DNA of 64,000 nucleotides from Candidatus Gottesmanbacteria bacterium (GTDB lineage Bacteria; Patescibacteriota; Microgenomatia; UBA10105; UBA927): positions 956,860-1,020,859 of the forward strand of contig CAWBPL010000002.1 of NCBI GenBank assembly GCA_963790805.1, given 5' to 3'. Positions within the stretch are counted from its first letter, which is position 1; each line of letters opens with the position of its first letter. Shown in pieces: positions 61,834 to 64,000 of the stretch. Below the pieces are notes generated by a model. It did not search any database. It was not told where the DNA came from and was given only the letters and a program-made list of their open reading frames with translations. Both the position numbers and the translations under genes were made by a program.

Positions 61834-64000
61834 TTACTTTGTTAAGCACGTTGCGGCGGCTATGGTGTCGCCGCGATCGGTGAAGCGCATGAGGATGACG
61901 CCGCTTGTGGCCCGTCCTAATCGCGGGACAGAGTTAACGGGAAGTTTAACGACTTGGCCTTTGGTTGATGTGAGAATAACGCTATCCGTATCAGAGGGCA
62001 CGATTTGCGACACGACGACTTTACCTGTTTTATCTTTTACCTCGGCCACTTTTACTCCCTGTCCGCCGCGTTTTTGTTTGGGGAAGTCCTTAATTGCTGT
62101 TTTTTTGCCGATGCCGCGTTCCATGACTGTTAAAAAATCGCCTTTCTTCATTTCGGTGTTTATGACATCAACGCTAACGACGAAGTCTGGGGCTTTAAGA
62201 AGTATGCCGCGTACACCCATGGTGTCGCGCGCGGTCGGTCGGACTTCGCTTTCAGAGAATCGGATTGATTTTCCTTCGTGGGAAACGAGCAGAAGATCAT
62301 CGGCGCCGCTTGTCAATTTTGCCCAAGCCAGCTCGTCTCCTTTTTCAAGCTTGATGGCGACAATTCCGCTTCGTCGGATGTTTTCGTATTCCGTGAGCTT
62401 GGATTTTTTCACGGTTCCGTTTTTTGTCGCCATGAGAATAAACCCGAGACCCTGCGCTTTTTGTTCGTCCCGCTTGAGGGAATACGTAAGAACCGAAGTT
62501 ACTTTTTCTCCCTGTTCGGTGTTGATGAGATTTACAACAGCCTGACCTTTGGCCTGACGAGTGGTTTCGGGTATATCCCAGACGCGTACCTGATACACGC
62601 GGCCGCGGTCGGTTATAAAGAGCATATTGTCGTGCGTCTGTGCCGTTATAATCTTGTCGATTGTGTCTTCCTCTTTCGTGGTCATGCCGATGACTCCCTT
62701 GCCGCCTCGCTCCTGCATCTTAAAAGTGCCTCTTGGCAGACGTTTGATGTAGCCGCTTTCACTCATGGTAATGATAACGTCTTCGTTGGCGATGAGCTGT
62801 TCATCGCTGAATTCGCCGACTTTGCTTTTATATACTTTCGTTTTCCGGTCATCGCCGTACTTTTCTTTCAGTTTTGCGAGTTCATCTTTCACGACTTTTA
62901 ATATTTTTGCGGGGTGAGCCAGCAAATCCTCAAGATAACTTATTGTTTCGCGAACCATAGCAAGCTCGTCTTCAATTTTTTGGCGCTCCAAAGCGGCAAG
63001 GCGACGAAGCTGCATGTCGAGGATTGCGGTTGTCTGGATGTCAGAAAGTTTAAACTTGGTCATCAATTTTACTTTTGCTTCATCCGCATCCTTACTTCGT
63101 TTAATAATTGCGATGACTTCATCGATGTGATCGACCGCAATTTTTAAGCCCTCAAGAATATGTTCGCGGGCACGGGCCTCTTTCAGTTCGTATTCGCTTC
63201 TTCGGCGGACGACGTCATGACGGTGTTTCACGTATTCCTCAAGAATAAGCTTGAGGGAACAGGTTTGCGGCGTATTATCGACAAGCGCAACCATGTTGAC
63301 GGGGAATGTTGTTTGAAGGGCCGTGTATTTAAATAAATTGTTTAATACCTGCTTCGGCCTCGCATCCCGCTTCAGCTCTACGTACACCCGTATGCCGCGG
63401 CGGTCTGACTCATCGCGTAAATCGCTTATGCCTTCGAGCTTTTTTCTTTGACGAGGTCCGCGATTTTAGCGACCAGTTGGGCTTTATTAACTTGGTACGG
63501 GAGTTCGGTAATAATAATCGCGGATTTTCCCTGACCAATGTCTTCGATTTCTGCACGACCCCGCATGACGATTTTACCCCGACCTGTCGTGTAAGCGGCT
63601 TTAATTTCGTTAATATCATAGATGGCACCGCCTGTCGGAAAATCCGGTCCCTGAATATACTCCATGAGTTCATCGGTTGTGATATTAAATTCAAACTGCG
63701 TATCTGTTTTAACTTCCGAAACCCCCTCAACTGCTTGTTTTTTCGCTAACGTTGCATGGTCAATGAGCGCGCTGATGGCGTTGGCGACCTCTGTCAGGTT
63801 GTGGGGAGGAATTTTAGTGGCCATGCCGACGGCAATTCCTTCGCTCCCCATCAGAAGAAGATTCGGGAGCTTGGCCGGTAAATAGGTTGGTTCATTTATT
63901 GTTCCGTCAAAGTTCGGGGTAAATACTACGGTATCTTTTTCGATATCAAGAAGCATCTCATCTGAGATTGAACTTAAACGGCACTCCGTGTAACGCATGG
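61834..64000 (-). CDS. gyrA: DNA gyrase subunit A (N-terminus beyond right edge), interrupted by a 1-nt frameshift in an A6 run
   Basis: 63426..64000 encodes MRYTECRL...[18 protein letters not shown]...[22 protein letters not shown]. 61834..63387 encodes [21 protein letters not shown]... plus the C-terminal beta-pinwheel. Adding one A at 63440-63445 (minus strand) restores [31 protein letters not shown]. Confidence 0.9.

Noticed and set aside
1-64000. An alternative genetic code (UGA reassigned, as in some CPR lineages).
   Set aside because: Conserved proteins end at their expected C-termini on TGA: ychF ends ...KIGT-TGA, and the 527-aa ORF/tgt ATGA overlap uses TGA as a stop. I saw no in-frame TGA inside the conserved genes. 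The standard code 11 fits.

Overview
This 64-kb segment reads like the chromosome of a small-genome, CPR/Patescibacteria-like bacterium. That placement is inference from gene content only; no database search was possible. The genetic code is standard: TGA is used as a stop, and many genes are coupled through ATGA or TAATG overlaps. Gene density is high.

Housekeeping genes:
- Translation and tRNA: rpsF-ssb-rpsR, rpmE, an RF1-type release factor, hisS, tgt, an RluA-type pseudouridine synthase, tRNA-Leu(CAA).
- Replication and other core functions: dnaB, gyrA, folD, lgt, ychF, yebC.

Transport genes: mgtA coupled to an atypical Nramp-like gene, two EamA transporters, one MFS transporter, and a Kef-type antiporter.

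Sugar island (44.9-57.4 kb): GH100-like hydrolase, GH1 beta-glucosidase, hexokinase-like kinase, galM, galT, galK, a pfkB kinase, a LacD-like aldolase, a HAD-fusion protein, and a frameshifted xylB.

Accessory or unusual parts:
1. 0.5-5.15 kb: an IS1595-type transposase whose matching inverted repeat lies 4.6 kb away, enclosing cargo genes.
2. 30.8-35.6 kb: a divergent cluster of six uncharacterised genes. It has a pseudo-receiver and a degenerate-P-loop/winged-helix regulator, and it is translationally coupled to tgt. This is my best candidate for an undescribed system.
3. 40.3-44.9 kb: a segment bracketed by a shared 17-18 nt motif. It contains a 1.3-kb non-coding array of degenerate hairpin-capable repeats in both orientations, two sugar or glycosylation genes, and a Xer-like tyrosine recombinase.
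4. An RF1-type release factor that lacks domain 1.
5. Single-nucleotide homopolymer frameshifts in gyrA and xylB.

I found no rRNA, CRISPR-cas, restriction-modification or recognisable toxin-antitoxin genes. All functional calls rest on motifs I recognised by eye in the supplied translations, and start codons are often uncertain.
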